A stretch of 62,630 nt of DNA, counting the filler, from a bacterium (GTDB lineage Bacteria; UBP18; UBA7526), in assembly GCA_030615855.1 (NCBI GenBank). It is 3 parts of 3 records of this genome, joined end to end, with 100 filler letters (N's around TTAATTAATTAA, not from the genome) between each part and the next. Parts side by side here need not be neighbours in the genome. Positions count along the whole stretch, not along the records: positions 24,460 to 55,619 come from JAUWYL010000016.1; 2 more parts are not named here. The stretch is one strand, 5' to 3'. Below, piece by piece: positions 27,118 to 36,842 of this stretch. Both the position numbers and the translations under genes were made by a program. Numbering within the stretch: position 1 is the stretch's first letter; every line of letters starts with the position of its first letter. The notes under the pieces were generated by a model that worked only from the letters and a program-made list of their open reading frames with translations, was not told the origin of the DNA and ran no database searches.

Positions 27118-27393
27118 ATGAAGGATAAGAAAAAAGTAGAAGAACTCATTGAGCAGGGGAAGTTCTACTTTCTTAATAAGCAGTATGATGAGGCTATTTT
27201 AGAATTTCAAAAGGCCTTGGAACTCGATCCCAGAAACGCCCGGGTTTTATATAATCTGGGTGTTATCTATGAAAGCAAGGAAGATATTGAAATCGCCAAG
27301 ACGCTCTATAACAAAGCCTTGGAGATAGACCCCAAATTGAGCGAGGCCCAGAAGCACTTAGATAAGTTAGTAGGAACCTCAGAAGAAGAGTAA
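27118..27393 (+). CDS. small TPR protein
   Basis: Two TPRs (FQKALELDP, YNLGVIY, YNKALEIDP). Confidence 0.8.
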   Translation: MKDKKKVEELIEQGKFYFLNKQYDEAILEFQKALELDPRNARVLYNLGVIYESKEDIEIAKTLYNKALEIDPKLSEAQKHLDKLVGTSEEE

Positions 27394-27404
27394 AGGAGGG
27401 ATTT

Positions 27405-27776
27405 ATGAAGGATCCAAGAATATTGATTGTCGATGATGAGGCGGTAATTCGTGACCTCTTCAAGAGAATATTAGAGACCAAGGGACATCAGGTGACAATG
27501 GCCAAAGATGGTTCAGAGGCCCTGGATAAGATAAAGGAGGAGCCCTTCGATGTCATCTTTCTGGATATTGTCATGCCCGGCATAGGTGGCCTCAAGACCT
27601 GCCAGACGATTGAGAAGATTAATCCTGAGGCCAAGATTGTTATGATAACCGGTTACGGAGCAGAGGTAGAAGAAGAGATAGAGAAATCCCTGAAGGCCGG
27701 AGCATATGAATGCCTCTATAAGCCATTCACCGTTAAGGAACTACTGGATACCCTGGAGAAGGTGTTAAAGAAATAA
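27405..27776 (+). CDS. single-domain response regulator (receiver)
   Basis: ILIVDDE, FLDIVMP, MITG, YKPF. Confidence 0.93.
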   Translation: MKDPRILIVDDEAVIRDLFKRILETKGHQVTMAKDGSEALDKIKEEPFDVIFLDIVMPGIGGLKTCQTIEKINPEAKIVMITGYGAEVEEEIEKSLKAGAYECLYKPFTVKELLDTLEKVLKK

Positions 27777-27800
27777 GAGTCTGTATCAAGGAATAGTTAA

Positions 27801-28937
27801 ATGAAAAAAGTCTATATCCGAACATTTGGCTGCCAGATGAATGTTCATGATTCAGAAATTATGGCCGGACTATTGAGAGAAATAGGCTATGGCATCACAG
27901 AGGACATGAATGAGGCAGATGTCGTACTTTTAAACACCTGCTCTATTCGTCAGAAGGCAGAGGAGAAGGTCTATAGCCAATTAGGCTCTTTGAAAAAACT
28001 TAAAAAAGAAAGACCAAACCTCATCTTGGGAGTGGGAGGATGCATGGCTCAAAGAGAAGGAGGAGAAATATTTAGGAGGTCCCCTTCTGTCGATCTTATC
28101 TTTGGCACCCATCAGATATGTAACCTGCCCACTATCTTGAATAAAGTAATTCGAGAAAGAAGAAAGGTCATGGCTATTGAAGAAGAAAAGATCGACCAGG
28201 AAGAAGTCAAGGCTTACCGGGCAGATAAGACGAAGGCATATGTCGCCATTATGAGGGGATGCAATAACCACTGTACCTACTGCGTCGTCCCCTCTGCGCG
28301 AGGAAGGCAGAGGAGTAGACCCCCAGAAGGGATTATTAAAGAAATAGAGAATTTGGTGGAAGAGGGATATAGGGAGGTTACTCTCTTAGGTCAGAAGGTC
28401 ACCGCCTACGGCAAGGACTTGAGGGGGATTGACTTCGCTGATTTATTAGAGAGAGTAAATGAAATAGAAGGGATAGAGAAGATTAGATTCATTACTTCCC
28501 ACCCCAGGGACATGAGCGACAGGTTAATAAAAACCTTACCCAGACTTTCTAGGGCTGCTGAGCATTTGCATCTTCCTGTCCAATCTGGCTCCAATAGAAT
28601 CTTAAAGGCCATGAATCGTGGTTACAATAGAGAAGAGTATCTAAAAATTATTGAAAAGATTCGTTCTCTTATTCCCAAAATGAGTATTACTACAGACATC
28701 ATCGTTGGCTTTCCCGGGGAGAGAGAGAAAGACTTTGCCGACACCCTGAGCCTGATGAAGGAAGTGAGGTTCGCCAGCGCCTACATGTTCAAGTACTCTC
28801 CTCGATCAGATACCCCTGCAGAAAGAATGTTAGATCAAATACCAGAAGAGATCAGACTTAAAAGACTACATGAGGTAATCGATTTACAAAGGGAAATTAT
28901 CAAAAATAATTCGCATTTGCGAAAGGAGGTGGAATAA
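27801..28937 (+). CDS. miaB: MiaB-type tRNA methylthiotransferase lacking TRAM domain
   Basis: GCQMN, NTCSIR, GGCMA, GCNNHCTYC, SHPRD, HLPVQSGS, FKYSPR; ends at 378 aa. Confidence 0.85.
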   Translation: MKKVYIRTFGCQMNVHDSEIMAGLLREIGYGITEDMNEADVVLLNTCSIRQKAEEKVYSQLGSLKKLKKERPNLILGVGGCMAQREGGEIFRRSPSVDLIFGTHQICNLPTILNKVIRERRKVMAIEEEKIDQEEVKAYRADKTKAYVAIMRGCNNHCTYCVVPSARGRQRSRPPEGIIKEIENLVEEGYREVTLLGQKVTAYGKDLRGIDFADLLERVNEIEGIEKIRFITSHPRDMSDRLIKTLPRLSRAAEHLHLPVQSGSNRILKAMNRGYNREEYLKIIEKIRSLIPKMSITTDIIVGFPGEREKDFADTLSLMKEVRFASAYMFKYSPRSDTPAERMLDQIPEEIRLKRLHEVIDLQREIIKNNSHLRKEVE

Positions 28938-29269
28938 TGAAGAAAACAAAGTTTATTATCCTTCTCATCGTTCTCTTCTTGATAGTGGCCTTTATCTGGT
29001 CTAATCAACAGCCGGTGAGCATAAAGTTCTTCGGCAAGGCCTCTCCCGAGATGCCATTCATCTTCGTTCTTCTGGGGACATTAATCTTAGGGGCAATACT
29101 GGCCTCTATCATTGACCTCGGCCGCATGACCAAGCTCCAACTTGAAAATAGGAGGCAGAAAAGGATTATAAAGAGGCTGGAGCAGGAACTGGCTGCCTTA
29201 AGAAAGCTGCCAGTGGAAGAGGTGGAGAAGGAGATAAGAGAAGCAGAAGAGACAGAAAAGCCGGAATAG
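28937..29269 (+). CDS. LapA family membrane protein
   Basis: Two TMs with NQQPV.I.F linker then coiled coil. Confidence 0.7.
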   Translation: MKKTKFIILLIVLFLIVAFIWSNQQPVSIKFFGKASPEMPFIFVLLGTLILGAILASIIDLGRMTKLQLENRRQKRIIKRLEQELAALRKLPVEEVEKEIREAEETEKPE

Positions 29270-29272
29270 GCA

Positions 29273-30283
29273 ATGAGAAAATTTGCTATTTTCCTAGCAA
29301 TACTTATGTTTTTTGTTGTCCCATCTCTTTGGGCTCAGGAGGAGCCCATTGAATATGTAAGGGGAATGAACCTCTATAAAGAGGGTAAGTATGAAGGGGC
29401 AAGAAAAGAATTTAGGAAGTTTTTAGCCCGTTATCCTAATAGTGCTCTTGCTCCTGAGGCCCACTTCAAGATGGCGGAATCTATAGAGGATTTCTGGGAG
29501 GCTGCCCGGGAATATAGAAACTTAACCCTCAAGTATCCAGATAGCCCCTTTGCCCTTCAGGCCCAATTCAGGATTGGCCAGCATTATTATCTAAAAGGAG
29601 ATTATGAGCAGTCTTTAAAAGACTACCGCAAACTTTTAGAGCTTTATCCTCAAAGTTCTCTTGCCCCCGCCTCTCAATATTGGATAGGGAGCATGCTTCT
29701 CGCCCAAAAGAGGTATGATAAAGCAAGAATAGAATTTGAAAAGATCTTAGAAGATTATCCCCAAAGCAATTATCTTGACTGGGCTCAAGTAGGAATCGGA
29801 AACTCTTATACCAGCGAAAGAAATTATTCTCTTGCCCTAATAGAATATAAAAAAGTTATAGAAGACTACCCAGAGAGCAATATCCTGAACTTTGTCTATT
29901 TTAATCTGGGAGAATGTTATGAGAGGGAGGGAAAGGAAAAGGAGGCCTTAGAAGTATACCAAAGACTGATTACCGAATGTCCGGATTCTTTAGAGGCTTC
30001 TAAAGCACAAGAAAGGGTTAGCGCCCTTCAGAGGAAGTTTCTTCCTTCCGCAGGAAGATACAGCGTTCAGGTAGGAGCATTTAGTGAAAGGGCCCGGGCA
30101 GATAGGTTAGCCAAGAGATTAAGAGATAAGGGCTATGATACCTATATCATGACCATTACTATAGAAGGAAGGCAATTCCATAGGGTAAGAGTAGGGAGAT
30201 TGGCCACAGAGGCCGAGGCCCAAAAACTATCCAGAAAACTAAAAGAAGAAGAGAACCTACCAACCAGAATCTTTAGCGACTAA
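29273..30283 (+). CDS. TPR (CpoB/BamD-like) + SPOR domain protein
   Basis: Signal peptide, repeated YP.S TPRs, YSVQVGAF...HRVRVG SPOR. Confidence 0.85.
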   Translation: MRKFAIFLAILMFFVVPSLWAQEEPIEYVRGMNLYKEGKYEGARKEFRKFLARYPNSALAPEAHFKMAESIEDFWEAAREYRNLTLKYPDSPFALQAQFRIGQHYYLKGDYEQSLKDYRKLLELYPQSSLAPASQYWIGSMLLAQKRYDKARIEFEKILEDYPQSNYLDWAQVGIGNSYTSERNYSLALIEYKKVIEDYPESNILNFVYFNLGECYEREGKEKEALEVYQRLITECPDSLEASKAQERVSALQRKFLPSAGRYSVQVGAFSERARADRLAKRLRDKGYDTYIMTITIEGRQFHRVRVGRLATEAEAQKLSRKLKEEENLPTRIFSD

Positions 30284-30348
30284 AACACGAAACTACACGA
30301 ATACTGGATGCGAATTATTTGCATTAAAAACACGAATTTACACGAATC
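30283..30348 (+). repeat. ACRCGAAT repeat arm
   Basis: acacgaaa/acacgaat units; same family as 5010-5084, 56523-56590(-), 59820-59881(-). Confidence 0.7.
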
Positions 30349-30367
30349 TTGGAAGTAGAGGTTTAAA

Positions 30368-31555
30368 ATGAGAAGAATCATAGGTGCAAGTTTAACAATG
30401 ATTGTATTATTTCTTCTCGCAGGATGTGCTTATCATCCTTCGATCTCTTGGTCACCTGATAGTAAGAAAGTGGCCTACACCACTCTCAGACAGGGAAAAA
30501 ACCTCGCCCTCTGGATAGCCAATGCAGATGGGAGTGATAATAAACCCCTAATGGTTAGCAAGAACAATATCCTCTGGCCAGTTTGGTCACCAGATGGAAA
30601 GAGGATTGCTTTTAAAGTAGGTGAGGATGGGAACGATAGCTTCAATCTCTGGGTTATGGATGCTGACGGAAGTGGCAAAAGGCAGTTAACCACTGATGGT
30701 AAATGTGACGATTCAGCACCAAGCTGGTCGCTAGATGGCGAGAGGATTACCTACTCTTCAGGGAAAAATATTTGGCTCTTACATCTCGCTACCAAAAGTA
30801 AATTCAAGTTAACTGAGAAGGGAAAAAACTCTCGGCCTGCCTATTCACCGGATGGAAAGAGGATTGCCTATACCTCAACAATCGATATTGAGGCAGAGGA
30901 AGATGAGAATGAAGAGGGGGAGAACATCTGGGTAATGGATGAATATGGAAGCAACAAGATACAGTTAACTACAGATGAGAGCGAAGACTGGTGTTTCCTT
31001 GTTTGGTCTCCAGATGGTAAGAAGATAGCCTACTGCCCAGAAGACGATATCTGGGTTATGAATGCGGATGGGAGCAATAAGATCAAGCTGGCAGAAGACA
31101 CAGCATTCTTCACCTGGTCGCCAGATGGAAGAAGGATCGCCTTCGGCACAGACGCAGGATTAGAAAATATAAACAGTGATGGGACTGATAGACGACTATT
31201 AGTTGAAGAAATAGGATGGGTTACATTTCCCGCCTGGTCTCCTGACGGCCAGAAGATAGCCTATATTGTGGGAATTGTTGGAAGGAAGGAAGAAGGGTAT
31301 TATCTGGCTTACATAGTAAATGCTGACGGAAGCAGTAAGATAGCATTGGCTGTCGGCCCGGAGAAAACATTTGTCAAAGGAGAAATCTATCATCAGAAGG
31401 GTAAGTATAGACGGGCCATCAGAAAATATAAGAGGGCTATCTTCAAGCGTAGGTTTTTTGGCTTATTTAAAACCTCCCAGCCCACTGAGATAGCTGATGT
31501 GGCAATATCCAGAATCAAAGACTGCTATCGAGAGTTAGAGGAGAGAAAAGAGTGA
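30368..31555 (+). CDS. TolB-like PD40 beta-propeller lipoprotein
   Basis: Lipobox LAGC; multiple WSPDGKRIA / NADGS repeats. Confidence 0.88.
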   Translation: MRRIIGASLTMIVLFLLAGCAYHPSISWSPDSKKVAYTTLRQGKNLALWIANADGSDNKPLMVSKNNILWPVWSPDGKRIAFKVGEDGNDSFNLWVMDADGSGKRQLTTDGKCDDSAPSWSLDGERITYSSGKNIWLLHLATKSKFKLTEKGKNSRPAYSPDGKRIAYTSTIDIEAEEDENEEGENIWVMDEYGSNKIQLTTDESEDWCFLVWSPDGKKIAYCPEDDIWVMNADGSNKIKLAEDTAFFTWSPDGRRIAFGTDAGLENINSDGTDRRLLVEEIGWVTFPAWSPDGQKIAYIVGIVGRKEEGYYLAYIVNADGSSKIALAVGPEKTFVKGEIYHQKGKYRRAIRKYKRAIFKRRFFGLFKTSQPTEIADVAISRIKDCYRELEERKE

Positions 31556-32241
31556 GATCTATAATTCCTCTGATTATTATCTCTATCATGCTGAGCACTA
31601 TTTCAGGAGAAAAAATTATGGCACAAGAACGAGAGAAGATAGTTATTTTACCAAAGCCGAAGATAAAGGGGACTGTTTCCTTAGAAGAGACGATTAAGAA
31701 GAGGAGATCGCGGAGAAGTTTTCTGGATAAACCCTTAACCTTAGAGCAGGTTTCCCAACTCTTATGGGCGGCACAGGGGATTACTGACGAAAGAACTGGT
31801 TTTCGGGCCTCTCCTTCTGGAGGAGCATGTTATCCTTTGGATCTCTATCTCGTAGTGGGAAAGAATAGCGTAAAGGGACTGAAGGCTGGGGTCTATCACT
31901 ATATAGTAAGCAATCATTCCTTAGAGATACATTTAAGAGGGGATAAGAGAAGGGTTCTTGCCCTGGCCTCCCTCGGTCAGATGTTCATCGCCCGGGCACC
32001 GATCTCCATCGTTACTACTGTAGAATATAGTAGAATCACATCAAGGTATGGCCAGAGGGGGGTAAGATACGCCCATATAGAGGTGGGCCATGTGGGAGAA
32101 AATATCTATTTAGAGGCAACCGCCTTAGACTTAGGAACCGTAGCCGTAGGCGCCTTCTCAGACGGTATGGTATCAAAGTGCCTTAACCTTCCCAGGGAGC
32201 ATGAGCCTCTATACATCATGCCTGTTGGCTATCCTAAATAA
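31552..32241 (+). CDS. SagB/ThcOx-family nitroreductase
   Basis: RRSRRSF, LLWAAQG, RASPSGGACYP, EVGHVGENIYL.A, VGAF. Confidence 0.88.
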   Translation: MRSIIPLIIISIMLSTISGEKIMAQEREKIVILPKPKIKGTVSLEETIKKRRSRRSFLDKPLTLEQVSQLLWAAQGITDERTGFRASPSGGACYPLDLYLVVGKNSVKGLKAGVYHYIVSNHSLEIHLRGDKRRVLALASLGQMFIARAPISIVTTVEYSRITSRYGQRGVRYAHIEVGHVGENIYLEATALDLGTVAVGAFSDGMVSKCLNLPREHEPLYIMPVGYPK

Positions 32242-32254
32242 TTCAACAGGAGGG

Positions 32255-32365
32255 ATGACAGGGGTTAATATCGGTTAAAAACTGTTAACAACGGTTAAAA
32301 TCGGTTATATTAAAAAGCAACTGATATTAACTGCTAATAACTGTTATTAACTGTGTCCTAATCGT
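32255..32365. repeat. GGTTA/TAACY inverted repeat array centred on AAAAGCAAC
   Basis: ~10-nt periodic arms; same centre as 38600-38760 and 43730-43890. Confidence 0.75.
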
Positions 32366-32370
32366 GAGTA

Positions 32371-33288
32371 ATGATAAAGAAGCCTTTAATAGTGATTGTG
32401 GGGCCGACTGCCATTGGAAAGAGTGAAGTAGCCATAGAATTAGCGAAAAGAATAAATGGCGAGATCGTCTCCTGCGATTCGTGTCAAGTTTATAAATATC
32501 TAAATATCGGAACGGCAAAGCCGACAAAAGAAGAGAGAAAAAAGATCCCTCATCATTTAATCGATGTCATAGAACCGGATGAGGAGTTCAACGCTTTCCT
32601 TTATGCCCGAAAAGCACATAAGGCAATTTCAGAGATTCATAAAAAGAAGAAGACCCCCATATTAGTTGGTGGCTCTGGGTTATATGTCAGAGCAACAGTA
32701 GATGGCATTTTTCTTGGTGCCAAAAAGAATAAAGCAATAAGAGAAAGACTAAGAAAATTTAGTAGCGACACTTTGTATAGAAAATTAAAAAAGGTGGATT
32801 CTGAGACTGCTTCTCACCTCCATCCTCACGACAGGGTGCGCATCATCCGCGCTTTGGAGGTCTATGAATTAACCGGTCAGCCCATCTCAGCCCTTCAAGA
32901 AGTGTCTAAAGGAAAGGAGCCTAATTATAATCTAACGATGATTGGCTTGAAAAGAAAAAGGAAAGAATTATATCAGAGAATAAACCAGCGGGTAGAAAGG
33001 ATGATTAAGAAAGGGCTGGTAAAGGAAGTAAAAAATCTTTTAAAGAAAGGATTCTCCAAAGATCTAATTGTTTTAAAAGGCTTGGGCTATAAGGAGATCA
33101 TCGGCTATCTAGATGGGGAATACGATTTAAAAGAGGCCATACGTCTCTTAAAGAGAAATAGTAGAAGATTTGCTAAGAGGCAATTGACCTGGTTCAATAA
33201 GGATAAGAGAATCCACTGGATAGAAATAAAGAAAGGGGATTCAGCAAGTAAAGTCGTTTCCCAAATAGCCAAGCTGCTGAAATGTTAA
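32371..33288 (+). CDS. miaA: tRNA dimethylallyltransferase
   Basis: GPTAIGKS, DS.QVY, IGTAKP, VGGSGLY, RIIRALEV, AKRQLTWF. Confidence 0.96.
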   Translation: MIKKPLIVIVGPTAIGKSEVAIELAKRINGEIVSCDSCQVYKYLNIGTAKPTKEERKKIPHHLIDVIEPDEEFNAFLYARKAHKAISEIHKKKKTPILVGGSGLYVRATVDGIFLGAKKNKAIRERLRKFSSDTLYRKLKKVDSETASHLHPHDRVRIIRALEVYELTGQPISALQEVSKGKEPNYNLTMIGLKRKRKELYQRINQRVERMIKKGLVKEVKNLLKKGFSKDLIVLKGLGYKEIIGYLDGEYDLKEAIRLLKRNSRRFAKRQLTWFNKDKRIHWIEIKKGDSASKVVSQIAKLLKC

Positions 33289-33848
33289 AAGTAATTAGGT
33301 CTTTAGTAATTTTTCTGGCTTTATTTTCTCTTATGCTGGGATGTGCAGCGAAGAAGGAAGCCCTCTTACCATCTGAAGAAGTAGTAAGGGGAAAGGTCAT
33401 TACTCGAGGGGAATTCGCTTATCTCTTAGTCACCAGATTAAATTGGGAAGGAATCGAGAAGAGGCCAAAGAAGGTAATCATTATTGATATCTCAAAGAGC
33501 CCCTATAGGAATGAGATAAAAAAGGTAGCAAAGATGGAAATCATGGAGGTCTATCCAAACCATACCTTCCTGCCAGATAAGACTTTGAATCGGGGGGAAT
33601 GCGCCAAAATCGTTGAAAATATTTTAGTTACGATAAAGGGAAAGGAGAAATGGAAAAGAAAGTATCTTAGTAAACCCTCCCCCTTTCCCGATGTTCCTAA
33701 CTATCATCGCCACTTCAATGCTATCATACTTGCCACAAAGAAGAGGACTATGAAACCCTATCGAGATGGGAAATTCCGGCCCGGGCTTCCTTTATCTCCA
33801 GGAGAGGCGAAAAGGGTAATCAGAAGACTGGAGCGTCATTTCAAATGA
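33282..33848 (+). CDS. lipoprotein with SLH-like domains
   Basis: Lipobox MLGC; ITRGEFA, YPNHTFLPD..LNRGE, FPDV, DGKFRP. Confidence 0.7.
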   Translation: MLKVIRSLVIFLALFSLMLGCAAKKEALLPSEEVVRGKVITRGEFAYLLVTRLNWEGIEKRPKKVIIIDISKSPYRNEIKKVAKMEIMEVYPNHTFLPDKTLNRGECAKIVENILVTIKGKEKWKRKYLSKPSPFPDVPNYHRHFNAIILATKKRTMKPYRDGKFRPGLPLSPGEAKRVIRRLERHFK

Positions 33849-35518
33849 GGGTTCTTGCTTTATTCCTGGCCATACTCCTTTTCTCCTCCTCTGCTTTTTC
33901 CCAGTTCAGTATCTATGATGTAGTAACCATCAAGAAAGAGATTAAGGAGCTTAAAGAGAAGTACAAAAGAGACCTGGTTACCGGGGAAGAGTACGAAGAA
34001 ATACTCACTCTTCTGGAGAAGAGATTGGCGGTAGCCACAGAGTATCAGAAAAAGAGAGAAGAGAAAAGCTATGCTCAGAAGGAGTTTGAAAAGGCGCAAA
34101 AGTTATCCGATTATGGAGATTATGAAGGAGCATTGAGGATTTATGATAAACTCCTAAAAAAATCTTACGCTCAGAAACAGTTTGAATATGGAAAGAGCCT
34201 TTATGAAAAGGGGGATTATGACCAGGCCCTTATCGTTTATCAAAAGTTATTGGCCAATTATCCAGAGAGTGAGTGGATAGACGATGCTCACTTCGGTCTG
34301 GGGATGGCCTATTATGATTTAGGTAAGTTCGGTAGGGCGCTAGAAGAATTTACCAAAATCTCTGAAGATAGGTTCAGAAGTGAGCTCTCTTCTCAGGTCA
34401 AGGATATGATTCAGAAGAGCCTCTTAGCGAGCTATGAGATTCCCCAGGCAATAAGGGTGCTTATCCTTCAGGGAGTTCCCAAAGTAAAGATTAGGACCCT
34501 CAAAGGATTTAAGATTATTGATCTTAGCAATGGAGAAACAATAACCTTTGTTTCTTTAGATAAACCCCTCTCCTTCAAAAGGACCCAGGAGGGAATAAAG
34601 ATAAGGGGTAAGAAAGTCCATAGATTTGTCACTGTTCCCCTAAAAATTATTACTCTTAAAGAGGATGACCTCTTAAGAATAAATGGGAGAGAGTATCGTG
34701 GTCAGGTAGTGATTCGTAGGAATAAGAGAGGAAGGCTCAACATCATAAATGAGGCCAATATCGATGACTATCTCTATGGCGTCTTGCCCCATGAAATTTC
34801 TCCTGCCTGGCCTCTGGAGGCCCTGAAGGCTCAGGCAATCGCCTCCCGCACATTGGCCCTATATCGCAAGAGAAGAGCTCGGGCGAAGGATTACGATCTG
34901 GATGCCACCATCTTTACTCAGGTCTATGGAGGAGTGGAAGATGAAGACCAGAGAACGAATCAGGCGGTTAATGAAACGAGAGGAGAAGTCTTAACCCATA
35001 AGGGAAAGATTATTGATAGTGTCTTTCATGCTACCTGTGGGGGACATACAGAAGAGGCAAAGAATGTTTGGCTGGGATCAAAAGAACCCTATCTCAAGAG
35101 TATCTCTTGCACTTTCTGTAAGAATTCTCCTTACTATGAGTGGGAAGAAAGGATTAAGGAAAGGAACTTGAGAAACATATTGGAAGAGAAGGGTCTCAAT
35201 CTAAGTAAGATTAAAGAGATAGAGTTAACAGAAAAGAGCCCCTCGGGTCGGGCAATAAAAATAGCCATCAAGCATCGTAAGGCTACCCAGCCCTTAATTG
35301 CTAATAACTTCCGTCTTTTTCTGGGTTCAGATCTCATGAGAAGCACTCTCATTACCGTAAGCAAGGAAAAAAATGAATTTATCTTTAAGGGTCGCGGCTG
35401 GGGGCATGGGGTGGGGATGTGTCAGTGGGGAGCAAGGGGCATGGCAGAGAAGGGCAAGCACTATAGAGAAATTCTAAAGCATTATTATTCAGGAGTAAAA
35501 ATTCAGAAAGTCTATTAA
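33845..35518 (+). CDS. TPR + SpoIID/LytB peptidoglycan hydrolase
   Basis: YLYGVLPHE, EALKAQAIASRT, QVYGG, GWGHGVGMCQWGA. Confidence 0.9.
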   Translation: MRVLALFLAILLFSSSAFSQFSIYDVVTIKKEIKELKEKYKRDLVTGEEYEEILTLLEKRLAVATEYQKKREEKSYAQKEFEKAQKLSDYGDYEGALRIYDKLLKKSYAQKQFEYGKSLYEKGDYDQALIVYQKLLANYPESEWIDDAHFGLGMAYYDLGKFGRALEEFTKISEDRFRSELSSQVKDMIQKSLLASYEIPQAIRVLILQGVPKVKIRTLKGFKIIDLSNGETITFVSLDKPLSFKRTQEGIKIRGKKVHRFVTVPLKIITLKEDDLLRINGREYRGQVVIRRNKRGRLNIINEANIDDYLYGVLPHEISPAWPLEALKAQAIASRTLALYRKRRARAKDYDLDATIFTQVYGGVEDEDQRTNQAVNETRGEVLTHKGKIIDSVFHATCGGHTEEAKNVWLGSKEPYLKSISCTFCKNSPYYEWEERIKERNLRNILEEKGLNLSKIKEIELTEKSPSGRAIKIAIKHRKATQPLIANNFRLFLGSDLMRSTLITVSKEKNEFIFKGRGWGHGVGMCQWGARGMAEKGKHYREILKHYYSGVKIQKVY

Positions 35519-35608
35519 TATAATTAAAATGCAAAATTAACAATTATCTGTGATCTGTGTCAATCCGTAATCAATCTGTGAATATCCGTGTCCGAACGGA
35601 GTGAGGCC

Positions 35609-36157
35609 ATGAATCTACCGAATAAGATAACTATCGGTCGCTTCCTTCTCGTTCCCTGCTTTGTAGCCGTCATCTTTGGATTGGGGAATAGACCTTTGGC
35701 TCTGAGTATCTTCTGCATTGCGGCATTTACCGATGCCCTGGACGGCTACTTCGCCCGCACCAGAGGATTGAAGACTACCTTGGGAAGTTTCTTAGACCCC
35801 TTAGCCGACCATCTCCTCATCATCACTGCCTTGATCTCGGTAACTATAAAGGGGATGCTTCCTTCCTGGCTCATGTGGACTGTGATCACTCGTGATTCTG
35901 TTCTACTTCTAGGTGGCATAATACTCTATAAAGGACTGGGGAAGGTCGAGCGCATCATCCCCAGCGGATGGGGGAAGTTCAGCTCTCTTTTCTGCCTGGC
36001 AACGGTCATTCTGACCCTCATCCTGAACTTTACCCCTCCCCATCTACCCTACCCCAGAACTATTCTCTGGCTTGCCGGATGGGCAGCGCTCTTCATCGGC
36101 ATCTCTGGGATTCATTATCTCATGCGCGGTAGTCTCCGCCTATTAAGGACGAAATAG
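35609..36157 (+). CDS. pgsA: CDP-alcohol phosphatidyltransferase (PgsA-like)
   Basis: NLPNKIT..R, TDALDGYFAR, GSFLDPLAD. Confidence 0.82.
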   Translation: MNLPNKITIGRFLLVPCFVAVIFGLGNRPLALSIFCIAAFTDALDGYFARTRGLKTTLGSFLDPLADHLLIITALISVTIKGMLPSWLMWTVITRDSVLLLGGIILYKGLGKVERIIPSGWGKFSSLFCLATVILTLILNFTPPHLPYPRTILWLAGWAALFIGISGIHYLMRGSLRLLRTK

Positions 36158-36775
36158 ATGCTTTTCTTGGCCATCATATTGAGCTATCTCTTAGGTTCTA
36201 TTCCTACGAGTTACATTATGGGAAGGCTCTGGAAGGGGATCGATCTGAGAGAGCATGGCTCGGGGAATGTAGGGGCTGCCAATACTTTCCGGGTACTGGG
36301 GCCCATTCCCGGGATAATTGTCTTTCTGGGGGATGCTTTGAAAGGTTGGGTTGCCGTCTATTTCATCAGCCTCCTGGTGCCGGGCGAAACGTTTACTTCT
36401 GCATGGGCAAAGATTTTCTGTGGGATGGCCGCCATCTGCGGACATAACTGGACAATATTCCTGAAGTTTAAAGGAGGCCGGGGGGTGGCCACCAGTATTG
36501 GCGTCTTCTTTGCCCTGGCCTGGCAGGCGATAGGAATATCTCTATTGTTGGGGGTAGCGGTTATAGCTTTAACTCGTTATATTTCTTTAGGTTCTATGGT
36601 AGGGGCCATTGCGCTTCCTTTCCTGGTGGTTCTTTTACCCTTTGAGAGGCCTTTACCATATTTATGGTTTGCCCTGCTTGCCGCCCTTCTGGTTATTATC
36701 AAGCATATTCCAAATATCAAAAGACTTATCAAGGGCAAAGAAAATAGAATCTCCTTTAGAAGAAAAAGAGAATGA
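36158..36775 (+). CDS. plsY: glycerol-3-phosphate acyltransferase PlsY
   Basis: YLLGSIP, GSGNVGAAN..R, FKGGRGVATS, HIPNIKRL. Confidence 0.95.
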   Translation: MLFLAIILSYLLGSIPTSYIMGRLWKGIDLREHGSGNVGAANTFRVLGPIPGIIVFLGDALKGWVAVYFISLLVPGETFTSAWAKIFCGMAAICGHNWTIFLKFKGGRGVATSIGVFFALAWQAIGISLLLGVAVIALTRYISLGSMVGAIALPFLVVLLPFERPLPYLWFALLAALLVIIKHIPNIKRLIKGKENRISFRRKRE

Positions 36776-36842
36776 ATTTGTTTTGCGTCTTTCAGTTAAA
36801 TTTTGCCTGCCTCGTCGGCAGACAGGCGTTTTGGCGGTTGCA

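Noticed and set aside
30368-31400. Repeated TGGTCNCCNGATGG DNA motifs
   Set aside because: Coding repeats of the WSPDG propeller blades.
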